A DNA stretch of 64,000 bases from an uncultured Planctomycetota bacterium (GTDB lineage: Bacteria; Planctomycetota; Brocadiia; CAIUPP01): contig CAIUPP010000061.1 of the NCBI GenBank assembly GCA_903901045.1, positions 38,374 through 102,373 of the forward strand, read 5' to 3'. The translations under genes were made by a program, and so were the position numbers. Position 1 is the stretch's first letter, and every line of letters starts with the position of its first letter. This document shows positions 17,703 through 25,274 of the stretch, piece by piece. The notes beneath the pieces are model-generated. The model was given only the letters and a program-made list of their open reading frames with translations. It was not told the DNA's origin and made no database searches.

Positions 17703-18721
17703 TACCACCGTTTCCAAAGATTCTGCGTCGCATCATTCACCGCGGGCAGCGCGACGGCGCCAAGCAGGTCGGCGGCCTCTCCCAGCACCGCGGCGGAGGT
17801 GTGCCCTTGCTCGCCGGCGGCCAGCCGCGTTCCATTCCCCGTGACGTGGCCGGTCAGGTCCATCGTGAACTCCCACTGCGGGCGGCTCGTGGGGTTGGGG
17901 TACGTGCCGGTGATGTAATTTCCCAGCGTGGTGGGCGCCTCGTCCGTTGCCCGGAAGACGGAGGGGAAGTAGGGGGGGCTGTACGTGGCGCGCAGGTCCG
18001 CGTGGCGACGTTCGAGCCAGTGCGTGCCGCCGACGCCGTCGAAGGCGGATGCGATCCAGGCGGTGGTGTTGTCGATGACCGGCGGAGTGGCCTCGTCGGC
18101 GGTTACGAACCCGCCGCCGAGCTCCACTCCACCAGCTAGAGGGTTCAAGTAATGTGCGGGGGAAAATTTGTCGCCATATTCCGTATTCGAGACTTCCGTG
18201 ATCCCCTTGACCGCGTCCCAGACGAAGCTCTGCGTGGTCACCCCCAGCGCGTAATTCCAGAGGCTGACGGCAAGCCGCTCGCGGTCGAACGTGTCCGGCT
18301 GGCCGCCCCCCATCAGGGGGCCGGTCGTCAATTGGGTGGGGATTTCCTGGCGGTAATAGTCGTCGAGCTGGCTTGAGAGCTCGGACGCCTCCAGCGTCAG
18401 GTCTCCCTGGGCGGCCGCCGTCTGGCCGCCGCTGACGGGGCGGACATTGTCCGGCGTCCCCCCGCCGGAGGGCCAGAGCTTCATCAGCAACAGGTCCGCC
18501 GGCTGAGCCGTGGGCATCCAGACGGCAAACGTCGCCGCCTTGACGGCGCGCTGCCGGGTCAGCGTCGCATAGCCGAAGTAAAGCACCCCCAGCACGATCA
18601 GCATGTACAGCGGCATGACCAGCGCGGTTTCGACCATCGCCGTTCCGCGGAGCGAACGACAACGGCGAGCGTAGAGTGTAGAGTGCAGAGTGATGAGTGT
18701 AGAGCTATTCATTTTTCTCAT
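17702..18721 (-). CDS. tadE: TadE/TadG-like pseudopilin with long repeat-encoded leader
   Basis: Contains RGTAMVETALVMPLYMLIVLGVL (class-III signal / TadE-like N-terminus). Leader residues STLITLHSTLY are encoded by the GTAGAGT repeat arm. Confidence 0.7.
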   Translation of the reverse strand: MRKMNSSTLITLHSTLYARRCRSLRGTAMVETALVMPLYMLIVLGVLYFGYATLTRQRAVKAATFAVWMPTAQPADLLLMKLWPSGGGTPDNVRPVSGGQTAAAQGDLTLEASELSSQLDDYYRQEIPTQLTTGPLMGGGQPDTFDRERLAVSLWNYALGVTTQSFVWDAVKGITEVSNTEYGDKFSPAHYLNPLAGGVELGGGFVTADEATPPVIDNTTAWIASAFDGVGGTHWLERRHADLRATYSPPYFPSVFRATDEAPTTLGNYITGTYPNPTSRPQWEFTMDLTGHVTGNGTRLAAGEQGHTSAAVLGEAADLLGAVALPAVNDATQNLWKRW

Positions 18722-19167
18722 GGGCCATGTTCCTCTTCACAGTTACGACAGATCGGACCGCCATGGCGGTTAACTCACTGCATTCCCGCAAGGCGCCGTC
18801 GAGTTGTGCCGGCGGCAACAAACGGCTCTCCCTGGCAAGAGTCAGCCAGTAGTCCGTTTCGCGCAGTTCTTTGATGACAACCTGCAGCTTATGCACGAAA
18901 TCCGCACGGCTCTCAGCGCCCTTTGCCTCCCTGTAATTTGCCCCAGCCGACGTGCCCGACCGTAGCACCTGCTTGGCAATCACTCTGCCAGCCATGGTCT
19001 TGGGCATAGCCTGCGTAAGGCGAATCACCTCGATAGCGTAGGCCAGCAGGCGCTTGTCCAGCATGCCCTCACGTTCTGCCATCGCCATAACTCCCCGCTC
19101 AGGTCCTTGTCCTCGTCCTTGTTCACTCTGCATTCATCGCTCTGCACTCTACACTCTACGCTCGCCG
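18665..19167. repeat. cassette C: four-helix-bundle gene bracketed by inverted heptamer-repeat arms (GTAGAGT units)
   Basis: Left arm GGCGAGCGTAGAGTGTAGAGTGCAGAGTGATGAGTGTAGAGC. Right arm reverse complement is GGCGAGCGTAGAGTGTAGAGTGCAGAGCGATGAATGCAGAGTGA. Confidence 0.8.
18705..19088 (-). CDS. four-helix-bundle protein, 23S-IVS-protein family, copy C
   Basis: Family core RSGTSAGANYREAKGAESRADFVHKLQVVIKELRETDYWLTL. The 3' end overlaps the tadE-like start by 17 nt. Confidence 0.8.
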   Translation of the reverse strand: MAMAEREGMLDKRLLAYAIEVIRLTQAMPKTMAGRVIAKQVLRSGTSAGANYREAKGAESRADFVHKLQVVIKELRETDYWLTLARESRLLPPAQLDGALRECSELTAMAVRSVVTVKRNMAHEKNE

Positions 19168-21738
19168 TTAATGTTCCACCACATCGCTCATCTGCCTATT
19201 CCCATAGTCGAGAACCGGCGTGATCGGCTTGCCGTACTCGTCGCGGCGCTGGCTCATCTGGCGCATCTTGAGGGCGATGCTGGGGTCTCCCTGCCCGTTG
19301 AATTGGGTGGCCCAGCCGCTTGAATCGTAGCCGGAGGCGAACTGCGCGCTGAGCACCGTATCCCACAGGTAGGAGAGGGCGTTTTCGGTTTCGAGCGTGA
19401 TCGCCTGCCCCTGAATGATCTCGTCATCCAGGTCGTAATCCTGCATCTGATCGCGCGAGGGATAGAGCTTTGCCGTCGCGCCCGCCATGTACAGATTGTT
19501 CGGGTCCTGCTCGACCCAGTTTGCTCGATCCGCCTTGCCGCCGAACTGGTACCGCGTTCCGCCGCCGTCGTCCGGAACGCCCACGCGCGAGCAGGAGATG
19601 GCGACGTACCCCCAGGGCGGCTGTAGCGCCTGCGGGAAGAGCATGGGGAGGTCGGGTTGCTTGTAGACTCCGACATTGACGCCATACTTGAAGAACTCAT
19701 CCGTCAGCACCAAGGGGTATCCGGCCGGTGCCGCGGGGGCGTTGCGGAGAATGTAGGAATCGTACCGGTGAACGCGGCTGTCCAGAAAGTCGGTGTCCGT
19801 CCATCCACGCTGACCGTCGGTGATGGACAGATCATAGGAGCGCGGGTCCGGCGGGTTGATGCGACCGGAGGGGATATCCGCGATGAAGACCCGGATATCC
19901 GTGGCCCCGTCGCGGTTGTTATCGTAACCGCCGCAGACTTTACATACTTCCTTGTGCGTCCCCTGGTTGGGATCATTGGGATCGTTGGGGACATCCACAA
20001 CGCCGCTCCCGCCGCAGCCCAAGGGAGGCTCCGGGCAGGGCTCCGTCTGGTAGTAGGCGTCCTCCGGAGGGTCCTCATTGGGCTGGAGGATCGCCAGGCT
20101 GCCGGGCGGACGCAGCGGATAGGTGTGCCGCCAGAACGGCTCGCGGGGACCCGCCGTGCCCGTATTGTCCGGGATCGGATTGAACCAGGCCGTCCACGCC
20201 GGCAGTTGGTTCCCGGAGATGCCGCGGTCGCCGAAGGCATGGGTGTAGACGTACCGATTCATATTCCTTTCGCGGGACAGCATCGCCCCGGAGGTCTCGT
20301 GATCGTATTGCCATTGCTTGAGTCCACCGTGCTCCGGGACCACTTCGGTAAGCTGCTGGCGCGACCAGACCTGCTCGGTCGGGTCGAACCACTTGCGCCA
20401 GCGGCCGTCCGCGTCACCGGCGGTGAGGCTGAACCCGCCCGCCGTGACGCTGAAGGAGTTCGGGTCGAAGCCGTGGACGCCGATCGTGACCGGGCCCAGA
20501 GTGGTCGAGATGGTCGGGGGGTCGCTCAAGGTCAAATGGGCGTGGCCGATGGTGACCTGGGTGGGGTCCCCGATGGTCGCGCTGGCGTCGCCGGGGAAGT
20601 GGATAACGTTGGTGACGTTCATCCGCACTTCCACCCCGGCGATCGTGGTCGTGTTGCTGGTCATGTCGGTGTAGGAGTGCGCGGCGTTGTCCCAGAGGTA
20701 CAGGTGGCCGTTGCCCGCGTTCTTGAAAGTCTGGGAAAGGTTGCCGCAGGTGACTTTCGTCCCCTCCTTGGTCCCGTCGCCGTCCATGTCCACTTTCTCG
20801 AAGGAGATAGTCGGCAGGGAGGGGCCGCCGTTCGCGGCCTGTCCCCAGACCACCCAGCCGAGGTCGTCGGTCTTGACCAGGTAAATCTCCTCGGTCAGCG
20901 CCCCGTTGGTGTAGAAGCTGATCTTCCAGCGGTTGGGGGATTCCTGGCTGATGATCACCTCGGTTTCGGTGACCCCTTCCAGGGAGTACAGGATGTGCCA
21001 CTGCCCGTCCACCAGCGTCACCTGGATCATCTCCTTGCTGCCGCCGGTGAGGTTGGTGACGCGCCAGCCGTTGCCCAGTTGCTCGATGCTGAAAGAGATG
21101 AGACTCTCCGGGTAAGGGAAGAGCCGCTGGCTGGGGAAGACGCTGAGGCGCTCTCCGCCGGCGCGCGTGCCGATGGCGAACATCTCCTCGGCGAGCAGGC
21201 GCGGGGTGAGGATGGCGACGGCGTTCTCCGTCTGCGAGAGCTGCACCATCAGGCTCTTGGCCTGCGGCAGGGCGGTGTTGGCGAGGTCCCATGCCTGCCG
21301 GTGCGCCATGACGGCCGGGCCGGAGGCAACGCCGCCGGTGCGGATCAGTTCCATGCGCGCGGCGACGCCGGTGACGTTCACATCCACGGCATACTTCAGC
21401 GAGTTGTAGTACGTCTGCGCCATGGCGCTGTTGATCCAGCCGATGGCGCTCAGGCTGTTCGCTTCCACCATCGCGCCGGAGTACGCCGCCGAGTCCGCCG
21501 CCACCTGCACCCGCGTGCGCCCCTCGATGATCCGCCCCAGGTTGTACACCAGCGCCACGAACCCCACCAGCACGATCAGGCTCGCCGCGGCGAAGATAAT
21601 CCCCTGGCCGCGCTCGTCGCGCAGGAAACGGCGAAAACTGAGAACTGAGAACTGGGAACTGAAAGTTGCGAAAGAACGGCCCCTCCGCGCCATAGCGCGG
21701 TGGACCGGAATCGGCTCGTTATTCTTGCATGCACTCAT
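19168..21738 (-). CDS. tadG: large TadG-like pilus-assembly/pseudopilin protein (856 aa)
   Basis: N-terminal RRFLRDERGQGIIFAAASLIVLVGFVALVYNLG (TadG N-terminal domain type). The leader contains repeat-encoded FSSQFSVLSF. Confidence 0.65.
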   Translation of the reverse strand: MSACKNNEPIPVHRAMARRGRSFATFSSQFSVLSFRRFLRDERGQGIIFAAASLIVLVGFVALVYNLGRIIEGRTRVQVAADSAAYSGAMVEANSLSAIGWINSAMAQTYYNSLKYAVDVNVTGVAARMELIRTGGVASGPAVMAHRQAWDLANTALPQAKSLMVQLSQTENAVAILTPRLLAEEMFAIGTRAGGERLSVFPSQRLFPYPESLISFSIEQLGNGWRVTNLTGGSKEMIQVTLVDGQWHILYSLEGVTETEVIISQESPNRWKISFYTNGALTEEIYLVKTDDLGWVVWGQAANGGPSLPTISFEKVDMDGDGTKEGTKVTCGNLSQTFKNAGNGHLYLWDNAAHSYTDMTSNTTTIAGVEVRMNVTNVIHFPGDASATIGDPTQVTIGHAHLTLSDPPTISTTLGPVTIGVHGFDPNSFSVTAGGFSLTAGDADGRWRKWFDPTEQVWSRQQLTEVVPEHGGLKQWQYDHETSGAMLSRERNMNRYVYTHAFGDRGISGNQLPAWTAWFNPIPDNTGTAGPREPFWRHTYPLRPPGSLAILQPNEDPPEDAYYQTEPCPEPPLGCGGSGVVDVPNDPNDPNQGTHKEVCKVCGGYDNNRDGATDIRVFIADIPSGRINPPDPRSYDLSITDGQRGWTDTDFLDSRVHRYDSYILRNAPAAPAGYPLVLTDEFFKYGVNVGVYKQPDLPMLFPQALQPPWGYVAISCSRVGVPDDGGGTRYQFGGKADRANWVEQDPNNLYMAGATAKLYPSRDQMQDYDLDDEIIQGQAITLETENALSYLWDTVLSAQFASGYDSSGWATQFNGQGDPSIALKMRQMSQRRDEYGKPITPVLDYGNRQMSDVVEH

Positions 21739-21815
21739 GGTATTGTTACCTCAATCTCAACATCGCGCCATCTTTCAGTTCTCAGTCTTCAGTCTTCAGT
21801 CTTCAATTCTCGCCG
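21630..21815. repeat. 'empty' heptamer inverted-repeat pair (GAGAACT units) whose ~105-bp loop holds only the tadE-stop/tadG-start junction
   Basis: Left arm GGCGAAAACTGAGAACTGAGAACTGGGAACTGAAAG. Right arm reverse complement is GGCGAGAATTGAAGACTGAAGACTGAAGACTGAGAACTGAAA. Confidence 0.7.
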
Positions 21816-21822
21816 TCCTTCA

Positions 21823-22407
21823 TCACTCGCCCCACGGATGCGCCAGCACGCAACTGCCGGTCATCAGCCAGTGCGCCGCGCCTCCCCACTTCGAGCGGTC
21901 CACGTCGAGGCCGGGGGTCAGGTCGCCCAGCGCGTAGAGGGCGTCGCCGGCGATTGGCACATTCAATTCGTAGTCATGCGATACGTCGGCGTGGATCACC
22001 GGCTGGCCGTTGACCGAATCGGGGTAGACGTTGACGTCGGTCTTCAGTTCCGCCGCGGCGCTGCCGGGGAGCGTCCCCCAGCCGGGCAGGGTGATGGTGT
22101 CGTTGGCGACGACGCCGGAAGTTCCCGTGATGCGGCTCAGCGGGATCAGCGCCGCGCGCTTGCAGGCGGTCGGGTCGATCGCCGGCGACTGCGCCAGCCC
22201 CGCGCGCGCCGCGCAAAAAGCGCTGTACTCGATCACCTGCTGCGCGATGAACAGATGGGCCAGTTGAATGATGACCAGCGTGATCAGCAGTTGGAGCGGG
22301 AAGATGATGGCGTATTCAACCAGCGCCTGCCCCGACTCCGCGCGGGCGGCGCGGCGAGAACTGAAAACTGAGAACTGAAAACTGAGAACTGAGAGTTGGC
22401 GGTTCAT
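21823..22407 (-). CDS. tadE: TadE-like pseudopilin
   Basis: RRAARAESGQALVEYAIIFPLQLLITLVIIQ is a TadE N-terminus. Leader MNRQLSVLSFQFSVFSS is encoded by the repeat arm. Confidence 0.75.
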   Translation of the reverse strand: MNRQLSVLSFQFSVFSSRRAARAESGQALVEYAIIFPLQLLITLVIIQLAHLFIAQQVIEYSAFCAARAGLAQSPAIDPTACKRAALIPLSRITGTSGVVANDTITLPGWGTLPGSAAAELKTDVNVYPDSVNGQPVIHADVSHDYELNVPIAGDALYALGDLTPGLDVDRSKWGGAAHWLMTGSCVLAHPWGE

Positions 22408-22824
22408 CGCGCAGCTCCTTTGTTCGACTTCGCCGTCACCACGGACTTCACGCCTATGGAGATCAGTTCATTCACCTCACTGGCAATGCCGTCCAGGCGA
22501 GCCGGCTTCAACAAATGGGCGTTGCGGCAAAGCTCAATCCAATAGAGCGTCTCGCGCAGTTCTTTCACTACAATCTGCATCTTGTGCGCAAAGTCGGCGC
22601 GACTCTCGGCGCATCTCGCCTCGCAGTAGTTGGCGCCAGGCGACGTGCCGGATCGCAGCAATTGCAGTCCCACATGCCGCCCCGCCGCCGTCTTGGGCAG
22701 CGCGTTCGTCATCGCGATGACCCTCACGGCCAGTTCTTGCAGGCGCTCACCATAATTGCCGCTCTGCGCCACGTTTTATCCTCTCAGTTCTCAGTCTTCA
22801 GTTCTCAGTTTTCAGTTCTCGCCG
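22353..22824. repeat. cassette D: four-helix-bundle gene bracketed by inverted heptamer-repeat arms (GAGAACT units)
   Basis: Left arm GGCGAGAACTGAAAACTGAGAACTGAAAACTGAGAACTGAGAG. Right arm reverse complement is GGCGAGAACTGAAAACTGAGAACTGAAGACTGAGAACTGA. Confidence 0.8.
22404..22772 (-). CDS. four-helix-bundle protein, 23S-IVS-protein family, copy D
   Basis: Family core RSGTSPGANYCEARCAESRADFAHKMQIVVKELRETLYWIEL. GTG start. Confidence 0.8.
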   Translation of the reverse strand: MAQSGNYGERLQELAVRVIAMTNALPKTAAGRHVGLQLLRSGTSPGANYCEARCAESRADFAHKMQIVVKELRETLYWIELCRNAHLLKPARLDGIASEVNELISIGVKSVVTAKSNKGAAR

Positions 22825-22825
22825 T

Positions 22826-23374
22826 TTACTTCAGCAGCAACTCCATCCACGCCCACACAACCCCGATCCCGATGGCCACGCCGTACGGGATCGTCGTCGC
22901 CGGCGCGCCGTCGGCCGGCTTGGCGCGAAGAGTGAAGAGGGCGCGCAGGCTGGATTTGAGGCCGGACAGGAGCCGTCGCTGCCAGATCAGCACGCAGACG
23001 GCAATGGCCGCGCCCACGAGGGCGGCATACATCAGCGCGATGATCACGAAGCCGATGGCGCTGACGCCCGCCGCGCCCGCGAAGGGGGCCAGCGCGCCGA
23101 CGGCCCCCATCATCTTGACGTCTCCCGCGCCCAGGCTGCCCATGAAATAGACCACCAGCAAAATGCCCGCCCCCACCCCCGCCGCCAGCGCCGCGTTGCC
23201 GAGGTGCCAGAAGCCCGGCTGGTTCGTGTCCATCAGGTACGCGCTGGCCAGCCCGATCGCTAGCGCCCCCAGCGTCACCCAGTTATAAAGCTTCCCGCGC
23301 GCCATGTCGGTGTAGACGCACACGACCGCCAGCGCGAGAAGACAACCCTGCCGAACCAGTTCTATGGTTGCCAC
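22826..23374 (-). CDS. tadV: prepilin peptidase (A24 family; CpaA/TadV)
   Basis: 182 aa polytopic protein with the conserved GAGDVKMMGAVG motif. Confidence 0.85.
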   Translation of the reverse strand: MATIELVRQGCLLALAVVCVYTDMARGKLYNWVTLGALAIGLASAYLMDTNQPGFWHLGNAALAAGVGAGILLVVYFMGSLGAGDVKMMGAVGALAPFAGAAGVSAIGFVIIALMYAALVGAAIAVCVLIWQRRLLSGLKSSLRALFTLRAKPADGAPATTIPYGVAIGIGVVWAWMELLLK

Positions 23375-23406
23375 AGATCAACCCACCTCAATGTTCCTGC
23401 GATAAT

Positions 23407-23456
23407 GTGGCGCGGGTTATCCAACCCGCGGTCATCGTGCGTTCATTCCGCTTTCG
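23407..23456. repeat. family-4 element copy a (GCGGGTTATCCAACCCGC hairpin + CATCGTGCGTTCATTCCG tail)
   Basis: GTGGCGCGGGTTATCCAACCCGCGGTCATCGTGCGTTCATTCCGCTTTCG. Confidence 0.7.
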
Positions 23457-23603
23457 TCTCTCGCGGGCCTGCGGCCCGCGCCATATCGGCTTCAAGACCG
23501 GAAGCCCCGCGCGCTCCACTTCAAACGAATAACTCCGACCGCTGCGGGCGCAGAGGCCGGAGTTATCCATGCGACAACGCCCGATCGGGCAGCGGACGCG
23601 CCG

Positions 23604-23852
23604 TCAGAACGTATTGACGTTCTTTCCAGAAGTGGCGGTGTCCGCCTCGCTGCTCTTGTCCTGAACGGTCTGTTCCGTGCCGGTGCCGATCCGCTTGACT
23701 TCGCTGCCGAACAGCGCTCGGATCTGGTCCCCGAAGATCAGGATCACGGCGATGGAGCTGACCGCCACGAGCGCGACGATGATCGCGTACTCGGCCGTCG
23801 TCTGTCCCTTCCGGCTCTTCAACCCGCTCACCTTCATAATCCACTGACGCAT
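23604..23852 (-). CDS. flp: Flp/Fap pilin
   Basis: Flp motif G|QTTAEYAIIVALVAV after a short basic leader. Confidence 0.8.
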   Translation of the reverse strand: MRQWIMKVSGLKSRKGQTTAEYAIIVALVAVSSIAVILIFGDQIRALFGSEVKRIGTGTEQTVQDKSSEADTATSGKNVNTF

Positions 23853-23885
23853 TTCAGTACCCTCCAAAAGTTAACTCTTAAGACC

Positions 23886-24107
23886 CTATGGAATCGGAAG
23901 ACAAATCAGCGACGCCACATCCTGAAAGAAGTTCAGCAGCGCCGCCTGCATCGCCTCGATGGAAACCATCACCACGATCACCGTCCAGAACGCCACCAGC
24001 GCGTACTCCGTGGCGGCCTGCCCGGTTTCGTTCCGGAGCAGCGCCGACGGGTCGGAGCGCAGGTGAAGCATGGTCAGCAACTCGTGCATGGTCTTCTCTA
24101 ACTCCAT
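23886..24107 (-). CDS. flp: Flp/Fap pilin (second copy)
   Basis: Flp motif G|QAATEYALVAFWTVIVV. Confidence 0.8.
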   Translation of the reverse strand: MELEKTMHELLTMLHLRSDPSALLRNETGQAATEYALVAFWTVIVVMVSIEAMQAALLNFFQDVASLICLPIP

Positions 24108-24305
24108 TATAAGCCTGTCGCCGCAACGTCACTAGGACTATCTTCGCAATGCCCGTGCCATTGGCGCAGCGAAATCGCAAGCGGCTGCTATATTTCATGT
24201 TACAGTATTTGGCCGGTTCGCGCCCTTGGTGAAATGTCGCCGCACACCACAGCCCGCATGTAGGGAAATCCGCCACCGTAAACCACTTGCGCCCTTGCGT
24301 TTGTA

Positions 24306-24327
24306 GGGGCAAGGCATGCCTTGCCCC
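24306..24327. repeat. family-1 REP-like 22-bp perfect palindrome GGGGCAAGGCATGCCTTGCCCC
   Basis: Exact palindrome. At least 7 copies in the window: 28088, 34868, 38206, 40405, 55339 and 56642 (the last two degenerate), plus the GGGGCGCAGCATGCTGCGCCCC variant at 28005. Confidence 0.85.
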
Positions 24328-24437
24328 TGCGCCAGCACCCCCACGATGGCGCGCGCTTTCCCGCAAAAGCGCGGCGCCCTTCGCTGCCCCGATACAGCGA
24401 GCGGCCAGTCCGCGTCCCGCGCCGCAGGCGCGGGGAA

Positions 24438-24545
24438 AAGAAAGCGGAAAGAACGCACGCTGATTGCGGGTTTGATAACCCGCGCTACATCGGCCTCACG
24501 AACCGGAAGAACTGCACGGTAATCGCGGGTTGGATAACCCTCGCC
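24438..24545. repeat. family-4 element copies c and d (reverse orientation), tandem, upstream of flp genes
   Basis: Reverse complement of 24438-24490 is GTAGCGCGGGTTATCAAACCCGCAATCAGCGTGCGTTCTTTCCGCTTTC. 24500-24545 is a more diverged copy. Confidence 0.7.
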
Positions 24546-24558
24546 ACACCGCCTGCTT

Positions 24559-25113
24559 TCAGCGGCCACACTCCACCTGGCTCCGGTAGAGGGAGCTGCC
24601 GGCAGCATCAATCGCGACGATGGCGGGGAACTCCTGAACCGTCATCTCCCTAAGCGCCTCGGGGCCCAGGTCTTCGTACGCGATCACCCGGGACGCCGTG
24701 ATGCACTTCGCCAGAAGCGCGCCCGCCCCTCCAGTGGCGGCGAAGTACACCGCGCCGTGGCGCTTCATCCCCTCGATGACGGCCGGGGAGCGATCCCCCT
24801 TGCCGATCATCCCGCGCAGCCCCAGGGCGATCAGCCGCGGGGCGTAGGCGTCCATGCGATAACTCGTGGTCGGACCCGCCGCGCCGACCACCTGCCCCGG
24901 CGCGCCGGGCGTGGGGCCGACGTAATAGATGATCGCGCCGCGCAAGTCGACCGGCAGCGGCTCGCCGCGGTCGAGCGCGGCGACCAGCCGCTTGTGCGCG
25001 GCATCGCGCGCAGCGTAGAGGATTCCGCTGATCCGCACCGGCGTCCCCGCCGTCAATCGGCGCGCCGCCTCCTCGCTGAGCGGGGGGGTGATCCTGACGG
25101 GAGCGCTATCCAT
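24559..25113 (-). CDS. class-I fumarate hydratase / L(+)-tartrate dehydratase beta subunit
   Basis: 184 aa matching the FumA C-terminal / TtdB catalytic domain (GPTTSYRMD..., KGDRS...). Confidence 0.8.
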   Translation of the reverse strand: MDSAPVRITPPLSEEAARRLTAGTPVRISGILYAARDAAHKRLVAALDRGEPLPVDLRGAIIYYVGPTPGAPGQVVGAAGPTTSYRMDAYAPRLIALGLRGMIGKGDRSPAVIEGMKRHGAVYFAATGGAGALLAKCITASRVIAYEDLGPEALREMTVQEFPAIVAIDAAGSSLYRSQVECGR

Positions 25114-25274
25114 ACTTCTCCTCTTCCCTGCTGCGCCGATCTATTCACCGCGGAGGCGCGGAGAACGAACGACGCCGTCTTTCATCTCTCAGTTCTCAGT
25201 CTTCAGTTCTCAGTTCTCGCCGTCCTGCGCATCTCCGGGGTGAAAAGGGCAAACGCCCGTCTCGGAGAGAACGT

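Noticed and set aside
11846-22772. Four-helix-bundle (Avd-family) genes as part of a diversity-generating retroelement
   Set aside because: No reverse transcriptase ORF is present. No template/variable repeat pair with adenine-specific mismatches is visible in the window.
21630-22824. Tandem heptamer repeats (GAGAACT etc.) as a possible CRISPR array
   Set aside because: The units are 7 nt, contiguous, and have no spacers. They occur as inverted pairs flanking genes. No cas genes are present.
11793-22824. Cassettes as classical IS/MITE transposable elements
   Set aside because: The terminal inverted repeats differ completely in sequence between copies. There are no transposase genes and no direct target-site duplications. 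Arm complementarity within each pair, rather than a shared end sequence, is what is conserved.
24108-24125. TATAAT immediately upstream of the flp2 start as a -10 promoter element
   Set aside because: The hexamer overlaps the ATG itself (cttataATG). No transcript start could lie upstream of the start codon from this element.
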